From UHGV virus genome UHGV-0332110: a DNA stretch of 23,544 nt; one strand, written 5' to 3'. The notes beneath the pieces are model-generated. The model worked only from the letters and a program-made list of their open reading frames with translations, made no database searches and was not told the DNA's origin. The DNA comes from a virus. A program made the position numbers and the translations under genes. Positions 12,398 through 23,544 of this stretch are shown here, piece after piece. Each line of letters begins with the position of its first letter. Within the stretch, counting starts at the first letter, position 1.

Positions 12398-13138
12398 TTA
12401 ACTGGCGGTGACGGTGATTTCTGCAACCGCAGCAAACTCACCATTACCGGATACAATCGGAATGTTGACCTTGCCTGCAGCAACGCCATTCACGGTGATG
12501 GTCATACCACTGACCGACACGGTGGCTTTTGTTTTATCCGCTGACACCGCACGGAAGCTCTTGTCGGTTGCGCCTTCCGGCTGGAATGCCACGGTCAGCG
12601 TGGTGCTTTTCCCTTTCACTACGGAAGCGCTGGCTGGCGTCACGGTCATACCGGTTACCGCTGTTACCGTGCTGCGATCTTCTGCCATCGACGGACGTCC
12701 CACATTGGTGACTTTCACCGTGCGGGTGATCACTTCCTTCGCCGTCACCGCCTTACCGATACTGCTGACCCAGCCGCGGAACACATCGACCGTGCCGTTC
12801 GGGAAGCGGATTTTATAGGCACGGGTATCACCTTCATTAAACCACGCCAGCAGCGCCTGCTGCCCCTGCTCTCCGGGCATCCACGCCAGCGTGAAGCTGG
12901 TATCTCCGGCGGATTTCTGCCCCTGTCCGGTCGCGGTCCAGTCCGCATCTTCATCATCGAGATAACTGTCGTCATAGGACTCAGCGGTCAGTTCGCCGGG
13001 CGTCAGGTCTTTAACCTTTGCCAGACGCGACCAGTCATTGTCTGAAAGCGGGTTTGCATAAGGGTCGCCGCTCCCGTTATAAACCCACAGGGTGGTCCCG
13101 GCCCCTTTCACCGGTGCCAGAGGATTTGGTGTTGGCAT
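12398..13138 (-). CDS. V: Major tail tube protein V (with C-terminal Ig-like domain)
   Basis: Start chosen at ATG 13138 ([33 protein letters not shown]...), by analogy with the lambda gpV N-terminus. The longer track ORF from 13168 would overlap U. The C-terminal ~90 aa are Ig-like ([47 protein letters not shown]...). Confidence 0.9.
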   Translation of the reverse strand: MPTPNPLAPVKGAGTTLWVYNGSGDPYANPLSDNDWSRLAKVKDLTPGELTAESYDDSYLDDEDADWTATGQGQKSAGDTSFTLAWMPGEQGQQALLAWFNEGDTRAYKIRFPNGTVDVFRGWVSSIGKAVTAKEVITRTVKVTNVGRPSMAEDRSTVTAVTGMTVTPASASVVKGKSTTLTVAFQPEGATDKSFRAVSADKTKATVSVSGMTITVNGVAAGKVNIPIVSGNGEFAAVAEITVTAS

Positions 13139-13145
13139 ATCGTCC

Positions 13146-13541
13146 TCACATTTCATAGGTAATGACATAAGTCAGATCGGCTGAACTCCACAGGCCCGCA
13201 TCATCGTCGCGCCGGTAGTCATAGCCACTGGCCACCATACTGGTGATCAAATCTGACAGTGCCGGGATATCGCTCATCACCGGATAAATCCGGGACTCCA
13301 TCCACGAATCCAGCTCTGAATCCGGCACCTGAGCAGGCAGGAAAACTTCAATATGCAGCTCCGCCTGCCAGGTATCGCTGTCCAGCTCTTCGCCCGTGTA
13401 TTCAGCGCCGGTGAGATAAACGGCAATTGCCGGAAAATCCGCCTCATCAAAAACAGCGGGGCGACCATCAAAAAGCGTCGCCCCGGTGTCATGCTTCTCC
13501 AGTGCATCCAGTACGGCTGCACGGAGTTCAGTATGTTTCAT
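13146..13541 (-). CDS. U: Tail terminator protein U
   Basis: 131 aa, [131 protein letters not shown], matching lambda gpU. Confidence 0.95.
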   Translation of the reverse strand: MKHTELRAAVLDALEKHDTGATLFDGRPAVFDEADFPAIAVYLTGAEYTGEELDSDTWQAELHIEVFLPAQVPDSELDSWMESRIYPVMSDIPALSDLITSMVASGYDYRRDDDAGLWSSADLTYVITYEM

Positions 13542-14116
13542 CGCTTTATTACCATTCTCAGTTGATGCTGCAGCGCATAGCCCAGCTCTTTCGGAAGACG
13601 TTCACGCCGTATCCGTTCAATATTCTGTTTAAACGCCGTGGTCAGCGGCACCGCCATCGGGATTTTCACCACATCAATGGGGTAACGGTTTTTCCCGGCC
13701 ACACGCTGCATGACATGCCAGCGGCCATTTTTCAGTTGCTGAATAAACGCGCCGGGAATACGACGGTTTCCCACCACAAGCACGCTGCCGCCACCTTTCA
13801 GGGATGAACGCTGCCCCTTTTTACGACGTCTGCGGCGGGAAAGGACAACCCGCGCGTTACCCAGCTTGATTACGGGCAAATCCCCCCGGTTAACCCTGAT
13901 TCTGGCCTGCGGATTTTTGACCGTGGCCCTTTTCAGCCTGGCCCTTTCCTTTACCAGTTTCCGGCGTACCTTTGCCTCACGGGCAACCTGTGACGCCGAC
14001 TGCGATATCGCGGATGAAGCAACTCGGTTAATGGCCATTGCGGCGGCACCGGGCACCGCCGTTCTGCTGATACGGCTGAGGTTTTCAACGGCCTGCTCAA
14101 GACCTTTTATGGCCAT
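13538..14116 (-). CDS. Z: Tail completion protein Z
   Basis: 192 aa, MAIKGLEQAVENLSRISRTAVPGAAAMAINRVASSAISQSASQVAREAKVRRKLVKERARLKRATVKNPQARIRVNRGDLPVIKLGNARV..., matching lambda gpZ. 4-nt overlap with U. Confidence 0.95.
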   Translation of the reverse strand: MAIKGLEQAVENLSRISRTAVPGAAAMAINRVASSAISQSASQVAREAKVRRKLVKERARLKRATVKNPQARIRVNRGDLPVIKLGNARVVLSRRRRRKKGQRSSLKGGGSVLVVGNRRIPGAFIQQLKNGRWHVMQRVAGKNRYPIDVVKIPMAVPLTTAFKQNIERIRRERLPKELGYALQHQLRMVIKR

Positions 14117-14127
14117 ACATCCCCCTT

Positions 14128-14481
14128 TCAGCGGCGACGGTTAACGGCAGGCGGTACGCCCCGTCCAAGCCAGAGATGACAGCTTCCGCCATCATCCGGC
14201 GAAACCCGATCTACCCAGAAATTTTCCTCACCGATGGTCAGCGTGTCTCCACGCCGCAGCTGCCGCACCTCATCAGTCCGGACAAACAGGGACGGGCTGG
14301 AGCCTTCAACGCGCACGCCCTGTCCGGCATAGCTGATATTTTCAGGGTCATCAAAAACACCACGTATCACCGCACCTGACTGCTCACCGGATGTAATGGT
14401 GGCTGACGTTCCCATGTACCCGCGTATCGTTTCATCGGCGCGGGCAATGGCAGCATCGAACAGGTTATCGAAATCAGCCAC
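14128..14481 (-). CDS. FII: Head-tail joining protein FII
   Basis: 117 aa, MADFDNLFDAAIARADETIRGYMGTSATITSGEQSGAVIRGVFDDPENISYAGQGVRVEGSSPSLFVRTDEVRQLRRGDTLTIGEENFWVDRV..., matching lambda gpFII. Confidence 0.95.
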   Translation of the reverse strand: MADFDNLFDAAIARADETIRGYMGTSATITSGEQSGAVIRGVFDDPENISYAGQGVRVEGSSPSLFVRTDEVRQLRRGDTLTIGEENFWVDRVSPDDGGSCHLWLGRGVPPAVNRRR

Positions 14482-14492
14482 AGCGCCTCCCG

Positions 14493-14891
14493 TTATTGCA
14501 TTCTGGCCAGGCCGCGCTCTGTCATTTCGGCTGCCACACCGGCAGAGACACGAAACGCCGTTCCCGGCAGCACAAATGCCACAGGTTCATCCCGCGTGGC
14601 GTGAAGTGCATCAGTATGCAGCTTCACCAGTGCCACGACCGTGACCAGTTCAGACGTATCCAGAATCACGGTATCCGGCTGCGCTGATCCCACCTCATTT
14701 TCATGTCCGGTCAGCACATTTTCCCGGCTGAGAGGGGTGTCCTGACCGGCAGTTTCATCCGTGTCATCAAGCTCCTCTTTCAGCTCTGCCACACGGAGCG
14801 CCAGTTCTTCTTTCGTCCCCGTCAGGCTGACATCACGGTTCAGTTGTTCACCCAGCGAGCGGAGACGGGCAATCAGTTCATCTTTCGTCAT
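14493..14891 (-). CDS. FI: DNA packaging accessory protein FI
   Basis: Start at ATG 14891 (MTKDELIARLRSLGEQLNRDVSLTGTKEELALRVAELKEELDDTDETAGQDTPLSRENVLTGHENEV...), 132 aa as in lambda gpFI. The track's longer ORF from 14930 would run into E. Confidence 0.9.
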   Translation of the reverse strand: MTKDELIARLRSLGEQLNRDVSLTGTKEELALRVAELKEELDDTDETAGQDTPLSRENVLTGHENEVGSAQPDTVILDTSELVTVVALVKLHTDALHATRDEPVAFVLPGTAFRVSAGVAAEMTERGLARMQ

Positions 14892-14932
14892 GGACTCCTC
14901 CACAGAGAAACAATGGCCCCGAAGGGCCATGA

Positions 14933-15958
14933 TTACGCCAGTTGAACGGACACGAACTCATCAGGATCAGCCAGCAGCATCAGCGGTGCTGACTGAATCA
15001 TGGTGAACTCACGCGCCGGATCGCCGGTAGTCACCCAGTTTTTCGGGTAACGGGCAGAGGCGTTAATGCCTTCGCGCTGTGCGTCCGCATCCTGAATGCA
15101 GCCATAGGTGCGCAGACCGCGAGCCTGAGTGTTCCCCAGCACCATCGTGTTGTCCGGCAGGAAGTTCTTTTTGACGCCGTTTTCCACGTACTGTCCGGAA
15201 TACACGACGATGGCCACATCGCCATACATTCCCTTATAGGACACCGCTTTGCCCAGGTCTTTTACCGCTGTCTCCAGCTCGGAATGAGAGCCGCGACGGG
15301 TATCCAGCTTCTCCTTGACGGCTTTGAAGGAACGGAACAGCGCCCAGCCTTTCGGATCAAACACGATGATATTCACCACACCGCTGGCGTTCAGCGCGTA
15401 GGCTTCGATATCGTCGGTCGGGTCATACGTGGACTTGTCACGCTTGCTCCACTCCGTGCCGCCGGACTGCGTGATGTTATTCGCCTCACTGCGGCCCATA
15501 TCCACCTCAACCGGATCGAAGGCTTCACCGGTCATGGTATATTTGCCCTTAAGCACGGCAGAAACTGCCTGCATCTCTTCGACCTGAGCAATGGCCAGCT
15601 CTTCGTCACGCATGTTCTGCATGATGATGCGACGGCGGCGGTAAGCCGGGTCCGCCAGATTCTGCGGATCTTCATCCGGCAGGCGACGCAGGGTCATCTG
15701 CGGATTCACTTCATGCTTGGGTTTGACATATCCCGGCGTAAATTCAGAGGTGGAGCCGCCACGGGAACGGATAACCTCACCGGAAACAATCGGCGAAACG
15801 TACAGCGCCATGTTTACCAGTCCCGGAATTTGTGAGAGATAGACTTTCTCCGTAGTGAAGGGATAGCTCTCACGGAAAAAGAGACGCAGAAACAGCGGAT
15901 CAAACTTAAATTTCTGCTCATTTGCCGCCAGCAGCTGGGCGGTTGTGTACATCGACAT
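14933..15958 (-). CDS. E: Major capsid protein E
   Basis: Start at ATG 15958 (MSMYTTAQLLAANEQKFKFDPLFLRLFFRESYPFTTEKVYLSQIPGLVNMALYVSPIVSGEVIRSRGG...), 341 aa as in lambda gpE. Confidence 0.95.
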   Translation of the reverse strand: MSMYTTAQLLAANEQKFKFDPLFLRLFFRESYPFTTEKVYLSQIPGLVNMALYVSPIVSGEVIRSRGGSTSEFTPGYVKPKHEVNPQMTLRRLPDEDPQNLADPAYRRRRIIMQNMRDEELAIAQVEEMQAVSAVLKGKYTMTGEAFDPVEVDMGRSEANNITQSGGTEWSKRDKSTYDPTDDIEAYALNASGVVNIIVFDPKGWALFRSFKAVKEKLDTRRGSHSELETAVKDLGKAVSYKGMYGDVAIVVYSGQYVENGVKKNFLPDNTMVLGNTQARGLRTYGCIQDADAQREGINASARYPKNWVTTGDPAREFTMIQSAPLMLLADPDEFVSVQLA

Positions 15959-15971
15959 AAAAAAATCCCGT

Positions 15972-15992
15972 AAAAAAAGCCGCACAGGCGGC
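15972..15992 (-). terminator. Stem-loop plus U-run between D and E (possible attenuator or RNA-stability element)
   Basis: Minus-strand reading gives GCCGC-CTGT-GCGGC followed by TTTTTTT (plus-strand A-run 15972..15978, stem 15979..15992). The stem is only 5 bp and E must be transcribed through it, so full termination is unlikely. Confidence 0.3.
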
Positions 15993-16013
15993 CTTTAGTG
16001 ATGAAGGGTAAAG

Positions 16014-16346
16014 TTAAACGATGCTGATTGCCGTTCCGGCAAACGCGGTCCGTTTTTTCGTCTCGTCGCTGGCAGCCTCCGGCCAGAGCACATCCTCATA
16101 ACGGAACGTGCCGGACTTGTAGAACGTCAGCGTGGTGCTGGTCTGGTCAGCAGCAACCGCAAGAATGCCAACGGCAGCACCGTCGGTGGTGCCATCCCAC
16201 GCAACCAGCTTACGGCTGGAGGTGTCCAGCATCAGCGGGGTCATTGCAGGCGCTTTCGCACTCAATCCGCCGGGCGCGGTTGCGGTATGAGCCGGGTCAC
16301 TGTTGCCCTGCGGCTGGTAATGGGTAAAGGTTTCTTTGCTCGTCAT
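16014..16346 (-). CDS. D: Capsid decoration protein D
   Basis: Start at ATG 16346 ([110 protein letters not shown]), 110 aa as in lambda gpD. Confidence 0.95.
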
Positions 16347-16355
16347 AAACATCCC

Positions 16356-16961
16356 TTACACTGGTGTGTTCAGCAAATCGTTAACGGCATCAGATGCCGG
16401 GTTACCTGCAGCCAGCGGTGCCGGTGCCCCCTGCATCAGACGATCCAGCGCAGTGTCACTGCGCGCCTGTGCACTCTGTGGTGCTGCGGCCAGAATGCGG
16501 CGGGCCGTTTTCACGGTCATACCGGGGGTTTCTGCCAGCACGCGTGCCTGTTCTTCGCGTCCGTGAGCCTCCTCACAGTTGAGGATCCCCATAATGCGGC
16601 TGTTTTCTGCCGCAACCGCTGCGGTGATCTGCGCGTTCACGTCCGGCTGCGCCGCGCTGGCGTTCTCGCCCTCCGTCGCTGGCACCACGTCAGTAACGTC
16701 AGCCTGCGAAGCAGTGGCTGAAACAGTTGTTGATTGAGTCTCTTTGGTCATTCGCCCTCCTGAGAGACGGGATTTACGTGCATCCAGTGCATCACGCATG
16801 ACGGTGATCGCATCGGTGCTGTTAACAAGTTCATCAGCCAGTCCGGCATCAATGGCCTCCTGACCGCTGTACACTGCAGCCTCGGTATCCAGCACAGCCT
16901 GCACGGACAGGCCGGTATATGCCGACACCTTCTGTGCAAACATCCGGCGGGTTGCATCCAT
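16356..16961 (-). CDS. Nu3: Scaffolding protein Nu3, from an in-frame internal start nested in the 3' third of C
   Basis: ATG at 16961 in the C frame gives MDATRRMFAQKVSAYTGLSVQAVLDTEAAV... (201 aa to the shared stop), the arrangement known for lambda C/Nu3. Confidence 0.8.
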   Translation of the reverse strand: MDATRRMFAQKVSAYTGLSVQAVLDTEAAVYSGQEAIDAGLADELVNSTDAITVMRDALDARKSRLSGGRMTKETQSTTVSATASQADVTDVVPATEGENASAAQPDVNAQITAAVAAENSRIMGILNCEEAHGREEQARVLAETPGMTVKTARRILAAAPQSAQARSDTALDRLMQGAPAPLAAGNPASDAVNDLLNTPV

Positions 16962-17655
16962 CCGGGACTGCAGTGTTTCCCGGACATCATCCGGTAGATG
17001 GCTGTAGGGGTTGCCATCCACCTTATGGCTGCCGCTGTAAATCAGCGTGATTTCCACGCCCTGTTTCTCCAGCGCAGCACCGTAATTACTGTGAGCCATC
17101 ATGACGCCGATGGAGCCTGTCCGGGCGGTCTGCGTGACCAGACGCCGGGAGGCGGCGCTGGCAAGCAGCTGACCTGCACTGCAGTTCATGTCGTTGGCCA
17201 GCGCCCATACCGGTTTTATGTCTCGCACACGGGCGATGATGTCAGCACAGTCAAATGCTCCCGCCACCATCCCGCCCGGTGTGTCCATATCCAGCAGAAT
17301 GCCGTCCACCATCGGATCGCTGGCAGCCTGTTGCAGACGGGCGATAATGCCGTTGTAACCGGTCATTCCCGAATACGGCTGCAGCGCCCGCGTCCGGCTG
17401 ACCAGCGTACCGGACACCGGCAGCACGGCGATGCCGTTCATGACCTGATAACTGCGGGCCTGTCGTGGTCCGTCATCATCACCGGATAACGCCAGCGCCG
17501 CGGGTGCCTCTCCGGCAGTCAGGCTGTCGCCGGATACTGCATCCGTCAGGCGGCTGATCCCAAGCTGGCCTGCAAGCGCACAAAAGAAAACCCGCGCATA
17601 GGCGGGTTCAAGCATCAGCGGCTCATTAAAAGCCATGCTGGCAATATGCGGGAGA

Positions 17656-17675
<20 letters not shown>
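16356..17675 (-). CDS. C: Capsid assembly/maturation protease C (S49-family serine peptidase)
   Basis: GTG start at 17675 (minus) giving (M)TAELRNLPHIASMAFNEPLMLEPAYARVFFCALAGQLGIS..., 439 aa as in lambda gpC. The track's ATG-initiated 484-aa version (from 17810) would overlap 155 nt of B and is rejected. Confidence 0.9.
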
Positions 17676-21356
<3,681 letters not shown>

Positions 21357-21382
<26 letters not shown>

Positions 21383-21902
21383 TCAGCAACCCCGGTATCA
21401 GTTCATCCAGCGCGGCTGCTTTGTTCATGGCTTTGATGATATCCCGTTTCAGGAAATCAACATGTCGGTTTTCCAGTTCCGGAAAACGCCGCTGCACCGA
21501 CAGGGGGATCCCGTCGAGAATACTGGCAATTTCACCTGCGATCCGCGACAGCACGAAAGTACAGAATGCGGTTTCCACCACTTCAGCGGAGTCTCTGGCA
21601 TTTTTCAGCTCCTGTGCGTCGGCCTGCGCACGCGTAAGTCGATGGCGTTCGTACTCAATAGTCCCTGGCTGGAGATCTGTCTCGCTGGCCTGTCGCAGTT
21701 CTTCAACCTCCCGGCGCAGCTTTTCGTTCTCAATTTCAGCATCCCTTTCGGCATACCATTTTATGACGGCGGCAGAGTCATAAAGCACCTCATTACCCTT
21801 CCCACCGCCTCGCAGAACGGGCATTCCCTGCTCCTGCCAGTTCTGAATGGTACGGATACTCGCACCGAAAATGTCAGCCAGCTGCTTTTTGTTGACTTCC
21901 AT
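21357..21902 (-). CDS. Nu1: Terminase small subunit Nu1
   Basis: 181 aa, MEVNKKQLADIFGASIRTIQNWQEQGMPVLRGGGKGNEVLYDSAAVIKWYAERDAEIENEKLRREVEELRQ..., matching lambda gpNu1. N-terminal winged-HTH region that binds cosB. Confidence 0.97.
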
Positions 21903-22079
21903 TGTTCATTCCACGGACAAAAACAGAGAAAGGAAACGACAGAGGCCAAAAAGCCCGTTTTCAGCACCTGTCGCTTCCTTTCTTTTCAGAGGGTATTTTA
22001 AATAAAAACATTAAGTTATGACGAAGAAGAACGGAAACGCCTTAAACCGGAAAATTTTCATAAATAGCGAAAACCCGCG
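21903..22079 (-). promoter_or_regulatory. cosB terminase-binding region (Nu1 R-site repeats R1, R2, R3 and A/T-rich IHF-type site)
   Basis: Three copies of the Nu1 R element (CGTTTCC.TTCT family) seen directly: about 21924..21942 (cagagaaaggaaacgacag), 21967..21986 (ctgtcgcttcctttcttttc, opposite orientation) and 22022..22039 (cgaagaagaacggaaacg). An A/T-rich block (aataaaaacattaagttatgacg) lies between R3 and R2. The order and spacing match my recollection of the lambda left end. Confidence 0.85.
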
Positions 22080-22091
22080 AGGTCGCCGCCC
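22080..22091 (-). other. cosN cohesive-end site (12-nt overhang sequence GGGCGGCGACCT on the minus strand)
   Basis: Plus strand 22080..22091 is aggtcgccgccc, the reverse complement of the lambda cohesive end GGGCGGCGACCT. It is flanked by ...aaaacccgcg on one side and cgtaacctgtcggatc on the other, as at the joined lambda ends (cosQ-side sequence at roughly 22092..22125). Confidence 0.9.
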
Positions 22092-22290
22092 CGTAACCTG
22101 TCGGATCGCCGGAAAGGACCCGCAAAATGATAATAATTATCATCTGCATGTCACAACGTGCATCTACGCCATCAAACCACGTCAAATAATCAATTATGAC
22201 GCAGGTATCATATTAATTGATCTGCATCAACTTAACGTAAAAACAACTTCAGACAATACAAATCAGCGACACTGAATACGGAACAACCTC

Positions 22291-22524
22291 ATGTCAACGA
22301 AGAACAGAACCCGCAGAACAACAACCCGCAACATCCGCTTTCCTAACCAAATGATTGAACAAATTAACATCGCTCTTGATCAAAAAGGGTCCGGGAATTT
22401 CTCAGCCTGGGTCATTGAAGCCTGCCGCCGAAGACTGTGCTCAGAAAAAAGAGTTTCGCCTGAAGCAAACAAAGAAAAGAGTGACATTACTGAATTGCTC
22501 AGAAAGCAGGTCAGACCAGATTGA
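22291..22524 (+). CDS. Small ribbon-helix-helix-like protein, YlcI/YnfO-like (DUF3950)
   Basis: 77 aa, MSTKNRTRRTTTRNIRFPNQMIEQINIALDQKGSGNFSAWVIEACRRRLCSEKRVSPEANKEKSDITELLRKQVRPD. Basic N-terminus, then an RHH-type pattern (beta-strand IRFP, helix NQMIEQINIALDQ, G-x-S/N turn, helix FSAWVIEACRRRL). The family name is from recollection of E. coli cryptic-prophage ylcI/ynfO, which occupy the equivalent position next to the terminase genes. No strong SD. Confidence 0.7.
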   Translation: MSTKNRTRRTTTRNIRFPNQMIEQINIALDQKGSGNFSAWVIEACRRRLCSEKRVSPEANKEKSDITELLRKQVRPD

Positions 22525-22581
22525 AGCAATTTAGATAATCGTGCAGACTAGGTACCTTCATATCACATGGAAGGTACTACA

Positions 22582-22995
22582 ATGGCTCAGGTTGCCATTT
22601 TTAAACAAATATTCGATAAAGTGCGAAATAATTTAAACTATCACTGGTTTTATTCTGAACTAAAACGTCACAATGTCTCACATTACATTTACTATTTAGC
22701 CACAGAGAATATTCATCTTGTTCTTGAAAACGATAATACGGTTTTAATAAAAGGACAGGGTAAGGTTGTAAATGTAAGATTTTCAAAAAATAAATGCCTT
22801 ATAGAAGCCACCTTAAAAGGATTCAAATCAGGAGAGTTATCATTTTACGAATACAGGAAAAATCTTGCTACAGCAGGGGTTTTCAGATGGATTACAAATA
22901 TCCACGAAAACAAAAGGTATTACTATACCTTTGATAATTATTCGCGGGGCTTTTTATTGCCATTACAAAAGCCACTTCCTACAGAGTGGCTTTGA
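22582..22995 (+). CDS. Hypothetical protein, YbcV-like (DUF1398), with a variant C-terminal tail
   Basis: Start preferred at ATG 22582 ([18 protein letters not shown]...) with SD-like GGAAGG 7 nt upstream; the track's start is the in-frame ATG at 22567. 137 aa from 22582, AT-rich. The C-terminal 18 residues ([18 protein letters not shown]) are encoded by a 60-bp segment at 22940..22999, outside the repeat shared with the inverted cassette at 23250..23419. The family label rests on recalled similarity to E. coli DLP12 ybcV and is tentative. Confidence 0.65.
   Translation: MAQVAIFKQIFDKVRNNLNYHWFYSELKRHNVSHYIYYLATENIHLVLENDNTVLIKGQGKVVNVRFSKNKCLIEATLKGFKSGELSFYEYRKNLATAGVFRWITNIHENKRYYYTFDNYSRGFLLPLQKPLPTEWL
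22823..22939. repeat. Inverted repeat A, left arm (117 bp, 100% identical to the reverse complement of 23303..23419)
   Basis: tcaaatcaggagagttatcattttacgaatacaggaaaaatcttgctacagcaggggttttcagatggattacaaatatccacgaaaacaaaaggtattactatacctttgataatt was compared base by base with the reverse complement of 23303..23419 and is identical. It lies inside the DUF1398-like CDS (codons ...[38 protein letters not shown]). Confidence 0.95.
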
Positions 22996-22999
22996 TAAT

Positions 23000-23124
23000 G
23001 GCTTATACCCTACACGGGATAACTTAACTGATATCCCTTTTAAAGGATAAAGGTATTCAAGCCTGACACATCATGCGCTGTATCGTCGCCGTATTCCCGT
23101 ATTAACAGAGACCGTAGCCCGACG
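23000..23124. repeat. Inverted repeat B, left arm (125 bp, 100% identical to the reverse complement of 23420..23544)
   Basis: ggcttataccctacacgggataacttaactgatatccc...gtattaacagagaccgtagcccgacg is the exact reverse complement of the last 125 bp of the window. It begins immediately after the second copy of the direct repeat ctttgataat. Confidence 0.95.
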
Positions 23125-23249
23125 GGGAACTCCTTCTGCGCGAGTGTGTGGGAATAATCAAAAACGATGCACACCGGGGTTACCGGGTACACATATTTCA
23201 TCATGCCAGCGAGTCCGGTTCTGGCACGGAAGAAACCGGACGTTATGAT

Positions 23250-23419
23250 TTAGTGCGGAAATATTTGTGTAGTGTTCTGAATGTTCTCAGTAAAGAGTAA
23301 TGAATTATCAAAGGTATAGTAATACCTTTTGTTTTCGTGGATATTTGTAATCCATCTGAAAACCCCTGCTGTAGCAAGATTTTTCCTGTATTCGTAAAAT
23401 GATAACTCTCCTGATTTGA
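23250..23419 (-). pseudogene. Silent inverted 3' cassette of the DUF1398-like gene encoding an alternative C-terminus (no start codon)
   Basis: The minus strand through A' and 51 nt beyond translates in the gene frame as (V)[55 protein letters not shown]-stop (TAA at 23252..23250, minus). Upstream in that frame, inside B', is an in-frame TAG only 3 codons before A', and there is no ATG, so the fragment cannot be translated on its own. Confidence 0.7.
23303..23419. repeat. Inverted repeat A', right arm (117 bp)
   Basis: aattatcaaaggtatagtaataccttttgttttcgtggatatttgtaatccatctgaaaacccctgctgtagcaagatttttcctgtattcgtaaaatgataactctcctgatttga is the exact reverse complement of 22823..22939. Identity stops on both flanks. 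Confidence 0.95.
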
Positions 23420-23544
23420 CGTCGGGCTACGGTCTCTGTTAATACGGGAATACGGCGACGATACAGCGCATGATGTGTCAGGCTTGAATACCTTTATCCT
23501 TTAAAAGGGATATCAGTTAAGTTATCCCGTGTAGGGTATAAGCC
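23420..23544. repeat. Inverted repeat B', right arm (125 bp; reaches the window edge, so its true extent is unknown)
   Basis: Exact reverse complement of 23000..23124. It directly abuts A' with no spacer, whereas on the left A and B are separated by 60 bp and are in the opposite relative order. Confidence 0.9.

Noticed and set aside
22018-22275. 85-aa plus-strand ORF spanning the cos site
   Set aside because: It runs through cosB R3, cosN and the cosQ-side sequence, which are conserved DNA sites, and has no SD or recognisable protein features. It is a chance ORF in regulatory DNA.
22092-22290. Possible sigma70 promoter for the ylcI-like gene (for example ttgatc around 22218 with downstream A/T-rich hexamers)
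   Set aside because: Candidate -35/-10 hexamers are weak and their spacing ambiguous. I could not identify a convincing promoter by eye, so none is reported as a feature.
22601-22786. 61-aa minus-strand ORF inside the DUF1398-like gene
   Set aside because: Antisense to a better-supported plus-strand gene in AT-rich DNA where short chance ORFs are frequent. It might correspond to a small hypothetical ORF annotated near the lambda right end, but I cannot support that from sequence.

Overview
This window is the late (virion morphogenesis) region of a lambda-like siphovirus from an enterobacterial host, present as the reverse complement of the conventional lambda map. Reading the minus strand from about 22090 down to 1, the gene order is cos, Nu1, A, W, B, C/Nu3, D, E, FI, FII, Z, U, V, G/T, H, M, L, K, I, J, lom, stf (stf runs off the 5' edge of the window). 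Translations of A, Nu1, W, B, D, E, U, Z, M, L and J match my recollection of the phage lambda proteins almost residue for residue, and the 12-nt cohesive-end sequence is present at 22080..22091 with a lambda-like cosB to one side. Because cos is internal and contiguous, this is a prophage or a circular/concatemeric form, not a linear virion end. Beyond cos (22092..23544) lies AT-richer moron-like DNA carrying two small plus-strand genes, a ribbon-helix-helix-like DUF3950/YlcI-like protein and a YbcV/DUF1398-like protein. This is followed by the most unusual structure in the window: two perfect nested inverted-repeat pairs of 117 bp and 125 bp that hold a silent, inverted 3' cassette of the DUF1398-like gene encoding a different C-terminal tail. 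I found no rRNA, tRNA, CRISPR array, integrase or transposase. All family assignments rest on reading the translations and on recalled knowledge; no database search was run.
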